A stretch of DNA of 64,000 bases from Terriglobia bacterium. GTDB taxonomy: Bacteria; Acidobacteriota; Terriglobia; 2-12-FULL-54-10. Numbering within the stretch: position 1 is the stretch's first letter; each line of letters starts with the position of its first letter. Below, one piece after another: positions 19,439 to 29,518 of this stretch. The translations under genes and the position numbers were made by a program. The notes under the pieces are model-generated. The model did no database searches and was not told the origin of the DNA. It saw only the letters and a list, made by a program, of their open reading frames with translations. The stretch spans positions 1,056,001-1,120,000 of the forward strand of contig CAXVYR010000004.1 in the NCBI GenBank assembly GCA_963666975.2. Reading direction: 5' to 3'.

Positions 19439-20206
19439 TCACGCCGGAAAGTTGACGATGGCGGCGAAGGATTTTGCCTCCAGGCTGGCTCCTCCCACCA
19501 AAGCTCCGTCTATATCCGGCTGCGCCATCAATCCTTGAATATTGCAGGGCTTCACGCTTCCGCCGTAGAGAATGCGCATCCGGGCGGCTGCCTCAGGCGG
19601 ACCTACCTGGCCCAGGCTTGACCGAATGAATTGGTGGGCCTGCTGAGCAATTTCCGGTGTCGCCGTGCGGCCCGTTCCAATCGCCCAAACGGGCTCGTAC
19701 GCCATTATGATACGGGAGAAGTCCTGCCCGGTCAAGCCGGCCAAACTGCCGCTCAACTGCCGTTCGAGCACTTTTTCTGTCTCGCCCGCCTCGCGTTCCG
19801 ACAAGCTCTCCCCCACGCAAACAATGGCTTGGAGGCCCGCATCCAAAGCCGCGCGAATCTTCTTGCTGACTCCCTCGTCGGTTTCGCCGAAAAACTGCCG
19901 CCGCTCGGAGTGGCCGATCAGCGTCAAGCGGCACCCGGCGTCGCGAATCATCGCGGCAGAGACTTCCCCCGTCCATGCCCCTTCGCTTTCCCAGTGCAGA
20001 TTCTGGGCGCTGATGGCGATGCCGCTCTCCTCCGCCGCCTCCACCGCGCGGCGCAGCAGAGTGAAGGGAGAGGCGATCACCATGTCGCAGTGCGCGGAGC
20101 CGGCCACCAAAGGGCGTATCTCCGCGAAAAACGATTCCGTCTCGGCTATCGTTTTGTACATCTTCCAATTCCCGGCGATCACCGGTTTGCGAGCACTCGG
20201 ATTCAT
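19439..20206 (-). CDS. tpiA: triosephosphate isomerase
   Basis: AGNWKM, GHSERR, AYEPVWAIGTG, LYGGSV and LVGGASL. Confidence 0.98.
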   Translation of the reverse strand: MNPSARKPVIAGNWKMYKTIAETESFFAEIRPLVAGSAHCDMVIASPFTLLRRAVEAAEESGIAISAQNLHWESEGAWTGEVSAAMIRDAGCRLTLIGHSERRQFFGETDEGVSKKIRAALDAGLQAIVCVGESLSEREAGETEKVLERQLSGSLAGLTGQDFSRIIMAYEPVWAIGTGRTATPEIAQQAHQFIRSSLGQVGPPEAAARMRILYGGSVKPCNIQGLMAQPDIDGALVGGASLEAKSFAAIVNFPA

Positions 20207-20284
20207 ATCGTCACCTCCCTGGGAAGCAGGAAACTGAGAAAGCGGCTTCCGGCCGAAGTCCCGATGTTCCGCAGGATGTATTTC

Positions 20285-20629
20285 TCAGGATCCCGAAGAT
20301 TCTTCCGCGGCGGACATCTTGGCGCGTACTTGCTTGTAGGCGCGGGCCGCGCCCACGCCCAGGAAGGTAAATACGATGGCGTAAACATACCACGCCAAGT
20401 CCCGGCCGAACAGAACCAGATATAAATAGGCCGAGCAAAAAAAGAAACCAGCCAGGCTGGCCGGCAGCGCGAGCGACTTTTTCTGCCGATAGCTGCGAAC
20501 GATCCAATACACGCTGGCAAAGAAGAACGGAATCGCTCCCACATAAATCCCGTCAAAAATCAGCGGATTGACCCCGTGCCGGGCCCCCAATTCCATTGCT
20601 TGTTGGTAATAATCAACCAGCCAGCCCAA
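20285..20629 (-). CDS. small membrane protein, hypothetical
   Basis: Three hydrophobic helices; GAGGAGG RBS before TTG. Confidence 0.7.
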   Translation of the reverse strand: MGWLVDYYQQAMELGARHGVNPLIFDGIYVGAIPFFFASVYWIVRSYRQKKSLALPASLAGFFFCSAYLYLVLFGRDLAWYVYAIVFTFLGVGAARAYKQVRAKMSAAEESSGS

Positions 20630-20882
20630 TGATCCTCCTCAAAAAAGACGGGCTTTGAAAGAACAGACTTTGCAAAACAGGTTTCCCCTGCCTAGATTTT
20701 AGATGCAGACACGCGTCCGATGACTCAGATTTCGGAGAGAATCGTCGCCCTCGCCGGCCACGCCATGCTATGGACGATTACGGAGAAACGCGTTTCCCAG
20801 CCGGCCCCTGCCAGCAAACATGCTTGACAACCGGGAAACCCTTCGATAGTGTCGCTACTGATTCTCCCAGCGAGGTATTGAT

Positions 20883-21680
20883 TTGGCAGGCAGTATTGTA
20901 ACTCTGACAACGGATTTTGGCCACTCCGATCATTATGTCGGCGCCATGAAAGGCGCCATCCTGAACGTGAATCCGGAAGCGAAGCTGGTGGATATCTGCC
21001 ATGACGTCCGGCCCTACGACGTTTTGGATGGAGCCTTCGCGATCGCTCAGGCATATCCGTACTTCCCCCCCCGGACGATTCACCTGGTGCTGGTGGACCC
21101 GGGCGTGGGCTCTTCGCGGCGGCCCTTGCTCGTCACCACCGTCAAGCAAATCTTCGTAGCGCCCGACAACGGCGTGCTCTCGCTCATCTTCGCCCGCGAG
21201 GAGGTGACGGTCTATCACATCACCGCGACCCATTACTTCCTGGAGTCGGTCAGCAACACCTTCCATGGAAGAGACGTGTTTGCGCCCGTCGCAGGCTGGC
21301 TGAGCCGCCACGTGGAGCCGGGCAAGTTCGGAGAGCCCATCACCGACTTCGCGCGCTTCAGCGCGCCGCAGCCCAAGAAGGTCAACGAGCGGCTCCTCAA
21401 AGGGGTGGTTCTGCGGGTGGACCGGTTTGGCACTCTTTTGACGAACCTGACGCCTGACGACCTGCCGCAACTGTCGGCAGAGAATCCTCCGCCCATCAAG
21501 ATTCTGGTGGGAAAGTCCGAAATTACCGAGCTGAACGCAAGCTATTCGGAAGGCGCGCCGGGCGAGGTTTTCGCCATCATAGGAAGCACCGGATACCTGG
21601 AAATCGCGGCCAACCGGGCCTCGGCCTCGCAGTCGTTGGGCGTGGGCAAAGGCGCCGAGGTGGGAGTCATTCTCGGCTGA
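20883..21680 (+). CDS. SAM hydroxide adenosyltransferase / halogenase family (DUF62)
   Basis: LTTDFG, VDPGVG, PDNG, TFHGRDVF and VDRFG. Confidence 0.95.
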   Translation: MAGSIVTLTTDFGHSDHYVGAMKGAILNVNPEAKLVDICHDVRPYDVLDGAFAIAQAYPYFPPRTIHLVLVDPGVGSSRRPLLVTTVKQIFVAPDNGVLSLIFAREEVTVYHITATHYFLESVSNTFHGRDVFAPVAGWLSRHVEPGKFGEPITDFARFSAPQPKKVNERLLKGVVLRVDRFGTLLTNLTPDDLPQLSAENPPPIKILVGKSEITELNASYSEGAPGEVFAIIGSTGYLEIAANRASASQSLGVGKGAEVGVILG

Positions 21681-21709
21681 AATTCGGAAGTCCGGTATAA
21701 TAGTCCAGC

Positions 21710-21982
21710 ATGGAAGAGAAAGATTTTTTCACAGAAAAAGAAGAACTCCGCCCGGCAACGCTCCAGTGCCCCTCCTGCCGGGAGCAAGCGAGCTATGATC
21801 TCCGCTGGGTCGTCCGGCGGAAAAAAGAGTCGTTGCCGCCCCGGGCCACCGAACAGGACCGCCAGAAGTTCGCCCGCGCCCAGCCCTACATGGTTCGCAA
21901 GGACGACCTTGTTTCCTGCAAAAATATCCGCTGCCGCAAACGCATTGAGGTCTCCGGGGTGCAATCGGTGGTTTTCTTGTAA
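21710..21982 (+). CDS. small Zn-ribbon hypothetical protein
   Basis: CPSC...CKNIRC. Confidence 0.7.
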   Translation: MEEKDFFTEKEELRPATLQCPSCREQASYDLRWVVRRKKESLPPRATEQDRQKFARAQPYMVRKDDLVSCKNIRCRKRIEVSGVQSVVFL

Positions 21983-22005
21983 GGCCCGGAAGCTTTGCCC
22001 AATGG

Positions 22006-22257
22006 TCACAGGGAAGAAGAATCCGCTTCCCGGCGCAGGCGTTTTTCGAGCGCCCGCATCTCGACTCCCCATTTCAAAAAACGCCCAATACTCTTCCGTT
22101 CTCTCCAGAGGAATTTGCAGAAAACGCTGCGGGTAATCGTTTCCGCCGGGATGCCGGAGAAGGTCTCCAGACGCCACCGCAGATAGGGACTTTCCCAGGG
22201 CCGCAGCCGGTATCCGGCCGACGCCGTCCAGAGGAACCGCAGAGCATAGAGGATCAT
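22006..22257 (-). CDS. small basic hypothetical protein
   Basis: RLRPWESPYLRWRLETFSG; co-oriented with the upstream phosphatase. Confidence 0.65.
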   Translation of the reverse strand: MILYALRFLWTASAGYRLRPWESPYLRWRLETFSGIPAETITRSVFCKFLWRERKSIGRFLKWGVEMRALEKRLRREADSSSL

Positions 22258-22314
22258 AGAAGCACTGTTTGGAGCCGCCTCGAACCCGGCTCCCGGACTT
22301 GCCTTCACTGCTAT

Positions 22315-23601
22315 TTACATGTGTTTCAGAATGCAGATCGTCAGGTCATCGTGGAAGTTGTATCCACTAAAGGCCGCAACTTCCTCCTGCAAGGAGCGGC
22401 AAATGGCAGCTGCAGACTTCTCCCTGTTTTTTTCCACCACTCCGAGAATCTTTTCGGCATCGAAAGCATCTCCTGCCTGGTTCTCCGACTCACTCAGGCC
22501 GTCACTGAAAAAAACCAAAATGTCATTGGGGCGGAGCACAATGGAGTCTTCATGGAATGATGCTTCCGGCAGAACTCCCAGCACCGGGCCGCCCGTCTCC
22601 AGCCGGCGGGGCTTCTTCCCCGGGCGGTAGAGAAGCGGCGCCACGTTCCCTCCGTTCACATAGATCAGCCGCCGCGTGCTGCAGTCCAGCGCCGCATAGA
22701 AGGCCGTCACGAATTGGTGGGTGGCGGTGCTTTCCACAAGCTGCTGGTTGGCCTTGCGAAAGACTGAACGGATGTTGAAATCGTTTTGAATCAGCCCGCG
22801 AAACAGTGCGCGGAATCCGGTCATCAACAGGGCGGAAGGAATGCCCTTTCCGGAAGCGTCCGCCACCAGAAACCCGTAATGATCATCGGGCAGCACGATG
22901 AAATCCAGCAAATCGCCGCCCACCATCTTGGCGGGAATGGTGATACTGCCCAAGTCAAAACAGGGGATATTGGGAGGGGTTCGGGGCATCAAGCGGGCCA
23001 TGATCTCTTTGGCCATGACCAAATCCCGTTCCATCTCCCCATCTCCTTCCCGGAGCATCCTTTGATGGATCAGGGCGCTTTCGATAAGGCCCGAGGCCTG
23101 GATGGCAAACGCGGAGAGCGCTTCCCCATCCTGCTCGGAATACGCGCCCGTTTGGGAGGACCTCAAAACCAGCGCGCCCCGCACCTGCGGCGAGGCCCGG
23201 AAGGGGACGGCCATCTGCGAACGGACGTTCTCCGTTGCGTCGGTCTTCCTTCGGTTGCCGGACAGGTTTGAAATCATAAAGGAGGAGGTGGCATGCAGGG
23301 CGGCTTGCAAGGCTCCCTCGCCGGTGCTCAGCTCCTGATCAAACAGATCGGTTACCTGGCCTTGGATGGTTCGTGTCTGCTCATCGAGAAGAAAGATTCC
23401 CGCCGCATGATCCGGAGCCACTTTCTGCAACAGGCTCAGCAAATGCTGCAATACCCGGACCAGATCCAACGAACCGCTGCCTGCTCTGAGCTCGCCTCGC
23501 AGTCCGCTCCACCGCGAATCCCTTTCCGTTGAGGGGGCTTGTCCGCTTTCTTGTTTTGTCACGTTGATTTCCGAAGTTGAATTCTGAGTTGAACTGCACA
23601 A
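22315..23601 (-). CDS. GAF + SpoIIE/RsbU PP2C phosphatase
   Basis: VGGDLLD, ADASGKG, FVTAFY, FSDGLSE and DDLT; start uncertain. Confidence 0.92.
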   Translation of the reverse strand: MCSSTQNSTSEINVTKQESGQAPSTERDSRWSGLRGELRAGSGSLDLVRVLQHLLSLLQKVAPDHAAGIFLLDEQTRTIQGQVTDLFDQELSTGEGALQAALHATSSFMISNLSGNRRKTDATENVRSQMAVPFRASPQVRGALVLRSSQTGAYSEQDGEALSAFAIQASGLIESALIHQRMLREGDGEMERDLVMAKEIMARLMPRTPPNIPCFDLGSITIPAKMVGGDLLDFIVLPDDHYGFLVADASGKGIPSALLMTGFRALFRGLIQNDFNIRSVFRKANQQLVESTATHQFVTAFYAALDCSTRRLIYVNGGNVAPLLYRPGKKPRRLETGGPVLGVLPEASFHEDSIVLRPNDILVFFSDGLSESENQAGDAFDAEKILGVVEKNREKSAAAICRSLQEEVAAFSGYNFHDDLTICILKHM

Positions 23602-23637
23602 CTAACCATAGCACTCATATTTGTGCTCCATAGAAAC

Positions 23638-24741
23638 TCAATACTGGAAACCCACGGGAAGCCAGATGACGTCCAGCGTGCGGTTGCTCAGTCCTCCCCG
23701 CCCTCCGCCGATTCCTACCAGCACCCGGAGGCGCGATTCATCCGCGCCTTTTTCCAAAAGATACCGCTTCACAGTCTCCCCTCTCGCGGCAGACAGAGCT
23801 TGCGGGTTTTGCTCTTCCGGCCCGGAATAGGATTCGATGGAGACGATCCCCTCAGGCTCCTCCCGCAATCGAACGAGAACCTTTTCCAGTTGAGCTTTCG
23901 CGCCGGGCTCAAGAGTCTGGTGATTCACGCCAAAAATTATCTGTGCCATGCTCTGCGGCGTGGGAGGGGGCGGAGGGGGAGGCGGAATTTCCACCTTTAC
24001 CGACGTGATGCAGTCCGAGGCCCCGCCCCAGCCATCCTCTACGCGGCCGGTGACCGTATAGACGCCCGGCAAAAGCCCCTCGGTATGGAGCCGTACTGCC
24101 TGACCTTCGGCTCCTTCTGCTCGACCTTCTCCTTGTTCTTGTCCCTGTCCTTGCAACCGGCCTGCATTGGAAAACCAATGGTAGCGGAGCGAATGGCCCA
24201 AGCTGTCGGTGGCCTCCGCCGTGATGGCGGCTTCCTCTCCCGGCGCGACCACGGACGGATCGGAAGCGCAGGACATGGTGAGGATGTCCGCCGGTCGCAC
24301 GACTTGAAAATGCGCCACGCAACTGGCCGAATGGCTGTAGGCATCCTGCACTACCGCCCGGACGCTATAGACACCAGGGTTTACACCGCTGAGATCAACC
24401 TTCACTTCCGGAACATTGCTTTCATCACCCACAATACGCCCCCCGTTCACCGACCACGCATAAGCAAGGTCGTGTTCCCGTAAGTCGGCGGCCTCTGCCT
24501 TCACGCCCAGCAACTCCTCCGAACCCTGCTCGATCTTCTCTTGCTCCAGCGTGCACTGGACGCTGACCTCATCGGGTTTGCTCCAGGGCCAATCCGCTGC
24601 GAACAAGCCAGCCGGATGCGCCAACCCTGCAAAACAAACCAAGAAGATCAGAAAACTGAGAACGCCCATGCGGCCACCGGGGCGACGGCGGGCTTTTCGC
24701 CGGATGCCTCCCTCATTTTTTGCTGCAACTTCCACCTGCAT
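23638..24741 (-). CDS. Ig/PKD-like repeat + OmpA-domain envelope protein
   Basis: Two Ig-like repeats (YxW...G.I...PGVY.V), Pro linker, LSAARGETVKRYL; start uncertain. Confidence 0.8.
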   Translation of the reverse strand: MQVEVAAKNEGGIRRKARRRPGGRMGVLSFLIFLVCFAGLAHPAGLFAADWPWSKPDEVSVQCTLEQEKIEQGSEELLGVKAEAADLREHDLAYAWSVNGGRIVGDESNVPEVKVDLSGVNPGVYSVRAVVQDAYSHSASCVAHFQVVRPADILTMSCASDPSVVAPGEEAAITAEATDSLGHSLRYHWFSNAGRLQGQGQEQGEGRAEGAEGQAVRLHTEGLLPGVYTVTGRVEDGWGGASDCITSVKVEIPPPPPPPPTPQSMAQIIFGVNHQTLEPGAKAQLEKVLVRLREEPEGIVSIESYSGPEEQNPQALSAARGETVKRYLLEKGADESRLRVLVGIGGGRGGLSNRTLDVIWLPVGFQY

Positions 24742-25064
24742 TCCGTGTCTCCAATGAATAAGACGTACGTTTCGGCAGTCAGCGTAGACTCCAACCTGCC
24801 AAAAGCGAATTCGCCCGGCTTCGTCCAGCCGGACTAAACATTCATTCGGCGATCCATTCGGCGATGCACTCAAGACCCTGTAGTAAACCCTCATTATACG
24901 CAAGCGGAAAGGAAAGTGGTCCCTCGGAAAGCAGATATGCCCCCAGATGAGATGGAAAGGGATGAGCCGGGAAGGAATAAGGAATGTCGTCGGCAGAAGG
25001 AGATCATGGGCGAGAGCCGCGCAGATCTGTCAGCCGGCAAAGAGCATGCCGAGCGGTCCGTCGC

Positions 25065-26210
25065 TTAGCCATTCGTTTTCTGCTGGGCAGACACAGGAAC
25101 CGGCATGAAACCAGCGAGGGTTTTCAGAAACGGTTTTCGTTTGGCCATCACGCGGTTCTTGCCGCGCTTTTTTCCCTCATAGAGCGCCTCGTCGGCCTGC
25201 CGGATGACATCCTCCGGGCTCTGCCTGGGAGTAAACTCCGCCAGCCCACAAGTAACCGTGAACCGCACCAGGCTGGCTTGTTCGCCTTCCCCGTACTGGT
25301 AACCGGGAGCGCAAACTTTCTCCAGCAAATCCGACAATCGGGGTTTCACCTCGGCGAGCCTCGCATTGCCCATCAGGAAGACAAACTCGTCGCCGCCGTA
25401 GCGCCCCAAGAAATCGGTATCGCGAAGCCATCCGCCGAGATGCTCCATCAGAGTAACCAGAACACGGTCGCCGACTTGGTGTCCGTGCGTGTCATTCAAG
25501 CGCTTGAAATCGTCCACGTCCATCATGGCGAGAACAAAGAATTTTCCGTTTTCCCCGTAAGCTTTTACCCAGTGCCGGAGCGTCCTGTCGAAACTCCCCC
25601 GGTTGGCGACGCCTGTCAAGGAGTCTAATGTTGCCTCTTCCCGAACTTGGTTGAGCTCCGAGTGGAGTCCCTCGATCGTTTGCGAGAGCTTGGAGCAGAG
25701 AGCTTCATCCTGCTTTCTCTTTTCCGTCACCAAATCCTGGAGACCGGAGACCTCCTGGGCGATTTGTTTTTTCAACTCCCGGATGTCCTCAATTTCGCTC
25801 AGCCGGGTGAAGCGTTCCGAGGCGCCCAGCAAACGCGTGTGGAAGGTATTCGCCTCCCCTGCGACCTCTGCCACGGCCTTTCTCAAGATGTCGATGACCT
25901 CCCCATATTCCGCTTCCCGCTCGGACTGGAACATCCGAACTTGTTTGAAATATAAGTTGCAGGCAGCCAGACACTCTTGGGCTGTTGCTTCCATGGACTC
26001 CCGGTTGCCGGCCTCAGCATCAACACCAGTGATGCGAGCCCGGTAAAGTTCCAGTTTGGACCGGAATTCCTGAATGCCAAGGTCCTTTGCTTCCAAGGGA
26101 ACCTCAGAGATGAGGGCTAACAGGCGGTCCAGGAGCCACGCCAGCACGACCGGCTCATCCCCGGAATGTCTCGTCTGAGCAAGACCTAGCTTGATTAATT
26201 GTTCACCCAT
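25065..26210 (-). CDS. diguanylate cyclase
   Basis: DSLTGVANR, DVDDFKRLNDTHGH, RDTD I-site and GGDEF. Confidence 0.93.
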   Translation of the reverse strand: MGEQLIKLGLAQTRHSGDEPVVLAWLLDRLLALISEVPLEAKDLGIQEFRSKLELYRARITGVDAEAGNRESMEATAQECLAACNLYFKQVRMFQSEREAEYGEVIDILRKAVAEVAGEANTFHTRLLGASERFTRLSEIEDIRELKKQIAQEVSGLQDLVTEKRKQDEALCSKLSQTIEGLHSELNQVREEATLDSLTGVANRGSFDRTLRHWVKAYGENGKFFVLAMMDVDDFKRLNDTHGHQVGDRVLVTLMEHLGGWLRDTDFLGRYGGDEFVFLMGNARLAEVKPRLSDLLEKVCAPGYQYGEGEQASLVRFTVTCGLAEFTPRQSPEDVIRQADEALYEGKKRGKNRVMAKRKPFLKTLAGFMPVPVSAQQKTNG

Positions 26211-26291
26211 AGGTTTACGCCGTGCAGATGAGTTCTGCAATTCAACCTAATCTATCGGCAAATGGCGGGGAAACCTGAAAGGGATTTTTCT

Positions 26292-26888
26292 TTATGAATC
26301 AGAGGTGTGGGAGAGACGGTCGAGCAGCACGCTCAGAGGTTCCGCCTTGCTTGCCTGAACCGAAACGCCGTAAAGCTGATTCCGGTCGCTTTGCGGAACC
26401 AATTGGTAGCCTCCCTGGCCGAACAGCGCGTCCAGAGCTTGCCGAATGGCGGGTTGCAGTTGCTCATCCGTGGCGGGAGTATTGGGAGTCTCCAGACGGT
26501 CATTGAAGCGGAGGTCCAGCGAGTCGGTCCGGAGACGGACGCCTGGAGGAAACTCTTTCTCCGCCACCAGGAGGTTGGACAGCGCCAGACACCACTCGAT
26601 GGCAGAGAGAATTCTTGCCGGGTGGGAGCCGGTCAAGCCTTTTTTGGCGGCGTATAAAATGCCGGGGCCGGGGTCGCCCATGTCAAAGGAAAAGTTACAG
26701 CGCTGCCCAATCAGCACAATCCCAGGCCCCCGCGAGACATGCGCGTAGTCGGCCATGTCCACCCAATCGGCGGGATGGCCCTCTTGTTTGCGCCAGCGGC
26801 CAAAGATGGTAATGAAGGAATCCAGGCTGAGCGACGCAGGCGCATCGCTGCCGATTCTGATTTGAAGCCGCTGCAAGTCTTGGATCAA
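26292..26888 (-). CDS. hypothetical protein downstream of the sulfite reductase
   Basis: Open frame with DMADYAHVSRGPGIVLIG and FNDRLETPN; TTG start chosen to avoid overlap. Confidence 0.7.
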   Translation of the reverse strand: MIQDLQRLQIRIGSDAPASLSLDSFITIFGRWRKQEGHPADWVDMADYAHVSRGPGIVLIGQRCNFSFDMGDPGPGILYAAKKGLTGSHPARILSAIEWCLALSNLLVAEKEFPPGVRLRTDSLDLRFNDRLETPNTPATDEQLQPAIRQALDALFGQGGYQLVPQSDRNQLYGVSVQASKAEPLSVLLDRLSHTSDS

Positions 26889-26994
26889 ATTCGGAATCCT
26901 AAGCTTTCCTGAGACAAGAAGTGGAGTACGCAAAGCATGGCGAATAGTACGGCGCAGAGTTGCACCCACAACCGTGAACTGCCGGTGCAGCCCC

Positions 26995-29148
26995 TCAGGC
27001 CAGCGCGCCTCCCATGCGGCTGTACACGCCGTGAGCTTCCTCAATAAACAGTGTCGCCTCTTCCACGCGCTGATGGGCTTTTTCCGCGCTCAGGTTCTCG
27101 GGTCCCTCCCGGACGGCGCGGAAAAAGTACTCGCCGATCATGGGAATGAATTTGCCATTTTCGCCGAAGTGTTTGCGGAACTCCTCGACCGTATCATAGC
27201 GGTCGGAAAGCAGCAGCCCGCGGGTGAAAAGAAGTCCATCGGCCGCCTTTTTCATGGCCTGCAAGGCGGTGCCGGCTGCCTCCCCCAGGCGTCCCGCTTC
27301 CAGGTGCAGCGAGGCCTCAAACTCCATTCGGTCGGCATCCTCCAGCAGGAACTCTGCTTGGTCCACCACCTCCCCGGCGCATTCGCCCACACCGGTTGAC
27401 ACAAAGTAATCCCAATCCTGCCGGTTGTCCCGGTAATATTCCGGGTGTTCGTCGTACTCCGGCAAGTGCTCGAACTCGGCCAGTTCCTGCTTCATGCGGG
27501 CCTTGCCCAGCCGGTTGGTGAACTCGGTGAAACCTTCTGAACCGCTCCGTTCCGCCGTGTAGAGACCCGTCAGCTTCCGGACCACCGCCGGAGCGTCCTT
27601 GCTGGCAATCTTGCCCACCGAAAGGCCGAAGGAGGCGGCATTGCCCTCCGGCTTCCCTCCCAACACAACCTGAAAAATCGGCACGACATGCTGCCCCTTA
27701 CGGCGGCTGGACCCGAAGAAGCCGATATGGGCTATGTGGTGCTGCCCGCAAGCATTAAAGCAGCCGCTGATCTTAATGCGAACATCTTTCCGCTCCGCCA
27801 GATCTCCCATCCCGTTCTGAAAATCCTGGTGCAGGACGGCTGCCAGGCCCCGCGAGGAAGTAATCCCCAGCTTGCAAGAGTCCGTGCCGGGGCATGCAGT
27901 GATGTTGGCCATGCCCTCCGCCCCCGGCTGCGCCAGATCGAGCGCCGCCAGGTCTTGATAGAGCGCCGGCAGCTCGCCCGTGGGAACCCAGCGTATCAGA
28001 AGATTCTGGTCCACAGTGGTGCGGACGGTATCGTTGACATACTTGCGGCACACCCCGGCCAGAGAGTGCAACTGGCGGGCCGTGATGTCCCCCAGAGGAA
28101 GAAACACGGTCACCATCGAGTAGCCCTCTTGCGCCTGCGGACGCACATTCATCCGCATCCACTTTTGGAATTTGTCCGATGTGCCGGTCAGTTGCAGCGG
28201 CGAGCCGGGCTTCAGCGGCTTCTCTTGATCGGCTCCGGCTTCCGATAGGTGCTCGGTCCACTGCGGATCGTGAGGGAGCTTTTTGCGTTCTTCCCGGACT
28301 TGAGCGGCGAACTCGTCCATGCCGAGCTTTGCCACCAGGAACTTCATCCTGGCCTTGGCCCGGTTTTTCTTTTCGCCCAGCCGTGCAAATACGCGGGCAA
28401 TGGCCTGGGCCACGGGAAGCATCTCCCCGGCGGGAACAAAATCGCTGTAGAGCTTGGCTTGGTGGGGAATGGCCCCGAGCCCGCCGCCGAGGTAGACTTG
28501 AAATCCTCGCTGGAGCTTTCCGCTCTCTTCCCGCACCGCCGCGATGGCTCCGATGTCGTGAATGATGGCCAGCCCGCAGGGGTGCTGGCGGCAGCCGGAA
28601 AAGGCAATCTTGAATTTGCGCCCAAAATTCTGGGCATCGGGGTGGCGCAACAGAAAATAAGCCATCGCCCGTGCGTGGGGGGTTACATCAAAGGACTCGT
28701 CCGAGCAGACGCCCGATTGCGGGCAGGCGGTGACGTTGCGCACCGCGTTGCCGCAGGCCTCGCGCGTGGTGATGCCCGCCTCCGCCAGCCGGCGCATCAG
28801 GTTCGGCGTGTCGTTGATGTCCACAAAGTGAAACTGGATGTCCTGCCGGGTGGTGATGTGGCTGATCCCGTCGGCGTACTCCTCGGAGAGGTTCGCCAGC
28901 TCTTCCATCTGCCGTGTGGTCAGTATGCCGAGCGGGATCTTGATGCGCAGCATCTGCACCCCCGCCTGTCGCTGTCCGTAAACGCCGTGGCGGAGGCGAA
29001 ACTCCAGGAAGACCTTCTCCGGCATCTGCCCTTGCTGCACGCGGCGCAACTCGGTCTCATAGATGTCAATTTCTTCCCGGACCGCCTGTGGCAGATGCTG
29101 CCACCGCTCCGCTTGCTTTGCGGGTACCGATGCAGTTTGCTCGCTCAT
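26995..29148 (-). CDS. ferredoxin-type sulfite/nitrite reductase (siroheme, 4Fe-4S) with C-terminal helical extension
   Basis: GVYGQRQ, TTRQDIQ, RKFK, CPGTDSC and SGCFNACGQH. Confidence 0.92.
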   Translation of the reverse strand: MSEQTASVPAKQAERWQHLPQAVREEIDIYETELRRVQQGQMPEKVFLEFRLRHGVYGQRQAGVQMLRIKIPLGILTTRQMEELANLSEEYADGISHITTRQDIQFHFVDINDTPNLMRRLAEAGITTREACGNAVRNVTACPQSGVCSDESFDVTPHARAMAYFLLRHPDAQNFGRKFKIAFSGCRQHPCGLAIIHDIGAIAAVREESGKLQRGFQVYLGGGLGAIPHQAKLYSDFVPAGEMLPVAQAIARVFARLGEKKNRAKARMKFLVAKLGMDEFAAQVREERKKLPHDPQWTEHLSEAGADQEKPLKPGSPLQLTGTSDKFQKWMRMNVRPQAQEGYSMVTVFLPLGDITARQLHSLAGVCRKYVNDTVRTTVDQNLLIRWVPTGELPALYQDLAALDLAQPGAEGMANITACPGTDSCKLGITSSRGLAAVLHQDFQNGMGDLAERKDVRIKISGCFNACGQHHIAHIGFFGSSRRKGQHVVPIFQVVLGGKPEGNAASFGLSVGKIASKDAPAVVRKLTGLYTAERSGSEGFTEFTNRLGKARMKQELAEFEHLPEYDEHPEYYRDNRQDWDYFVSTGVGECAGEVVDQAEFLLEDADRMEFEASLHLEAGRLGEAAGTALQAMKKAADGLLFTRGLLLSDRYDTVEEFRKHFGENGKFIPMIGEYFFRAVREGPENLSAEKAHQRVEEATLFIEEAHGVYSRMGGALA

Positions 29149-29185
29149 TTACTCCCCCCTTTTATTCCCCTTTGTGGCGAAAAAC

Positions 29186-29224
29186 AAAAAACCCACCCCG
29201 GAGCGCTCTTCCGTGGTGGGTTTT
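29186..29224 (-). terminator. attenuator intrinsic terminator
   Basis: Minus strand AAAACCCACCACGGA-agagcgc-TCCGGGGTGGGTTTTTT, between the leader ORF and the reductase RBS. Confidence 0.85.
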
Positions 29225-29285
29225 CCTTGTAAAGATTATTTCTGAATGATCTTGTTAAGGACTAGCCATCCCCCACCCGCCGGAG

Positions 29286-29345
29286 CTACACACAACAACA
29301 GCAACAGCAGCACATGATCCGGCGAAGATGGGATTTCCCGCGCAT
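29286..29345 (-). CDS. poly-cysteine leader peptide MRGKSHLRRIMCCCCCCCV
   Basis: Seven consecutive mixed TGC/TGT codons, then GTG TAG, followed by antiterminator/terminator. Confidence 0.88.
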   Translation of the reverse strand: MRGKSHLRRIMCCCCCCCV

Positions 29346-29351
29346 CTATAT

Positions 29352-29380
29352 ATTTTCCCCTTCTGCCTAAGGCCAGTCAA
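29352..29380 (-). promoter_or_regulatory. putative sigma70 promoter of the leader
   Basis: TTGACT-N17-GAAAAT, then 6 nt to the ATG. Confidence 0.55.
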
Positions 29381-29518
29381 TAGGGAATTCACTTTGCCAA
29401 TCTGTTAAAAGAGCCAGCATCGCGGGAACTTTTTTTTCAAGTATCCATTTTTTCGAGTATCCATCGAGTCCCAGCGCCGTCGACGTCATCTGAGGCAACC
29501 AAGGTTGACACCAAGAGG

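Noticed and set aside
20883-21680. Fluorinase/chlorinase
   Set aside because: HGRD motif and housekeeping context fit the widespread DUF62 SAM hydrolase
29290-29312. CAA/CAG microsatellite as neutral low-complexity DNA
   Set aside because: Mixed synonymous Cys codons in a start-stop frame next to a terminator indicate a leader peptide
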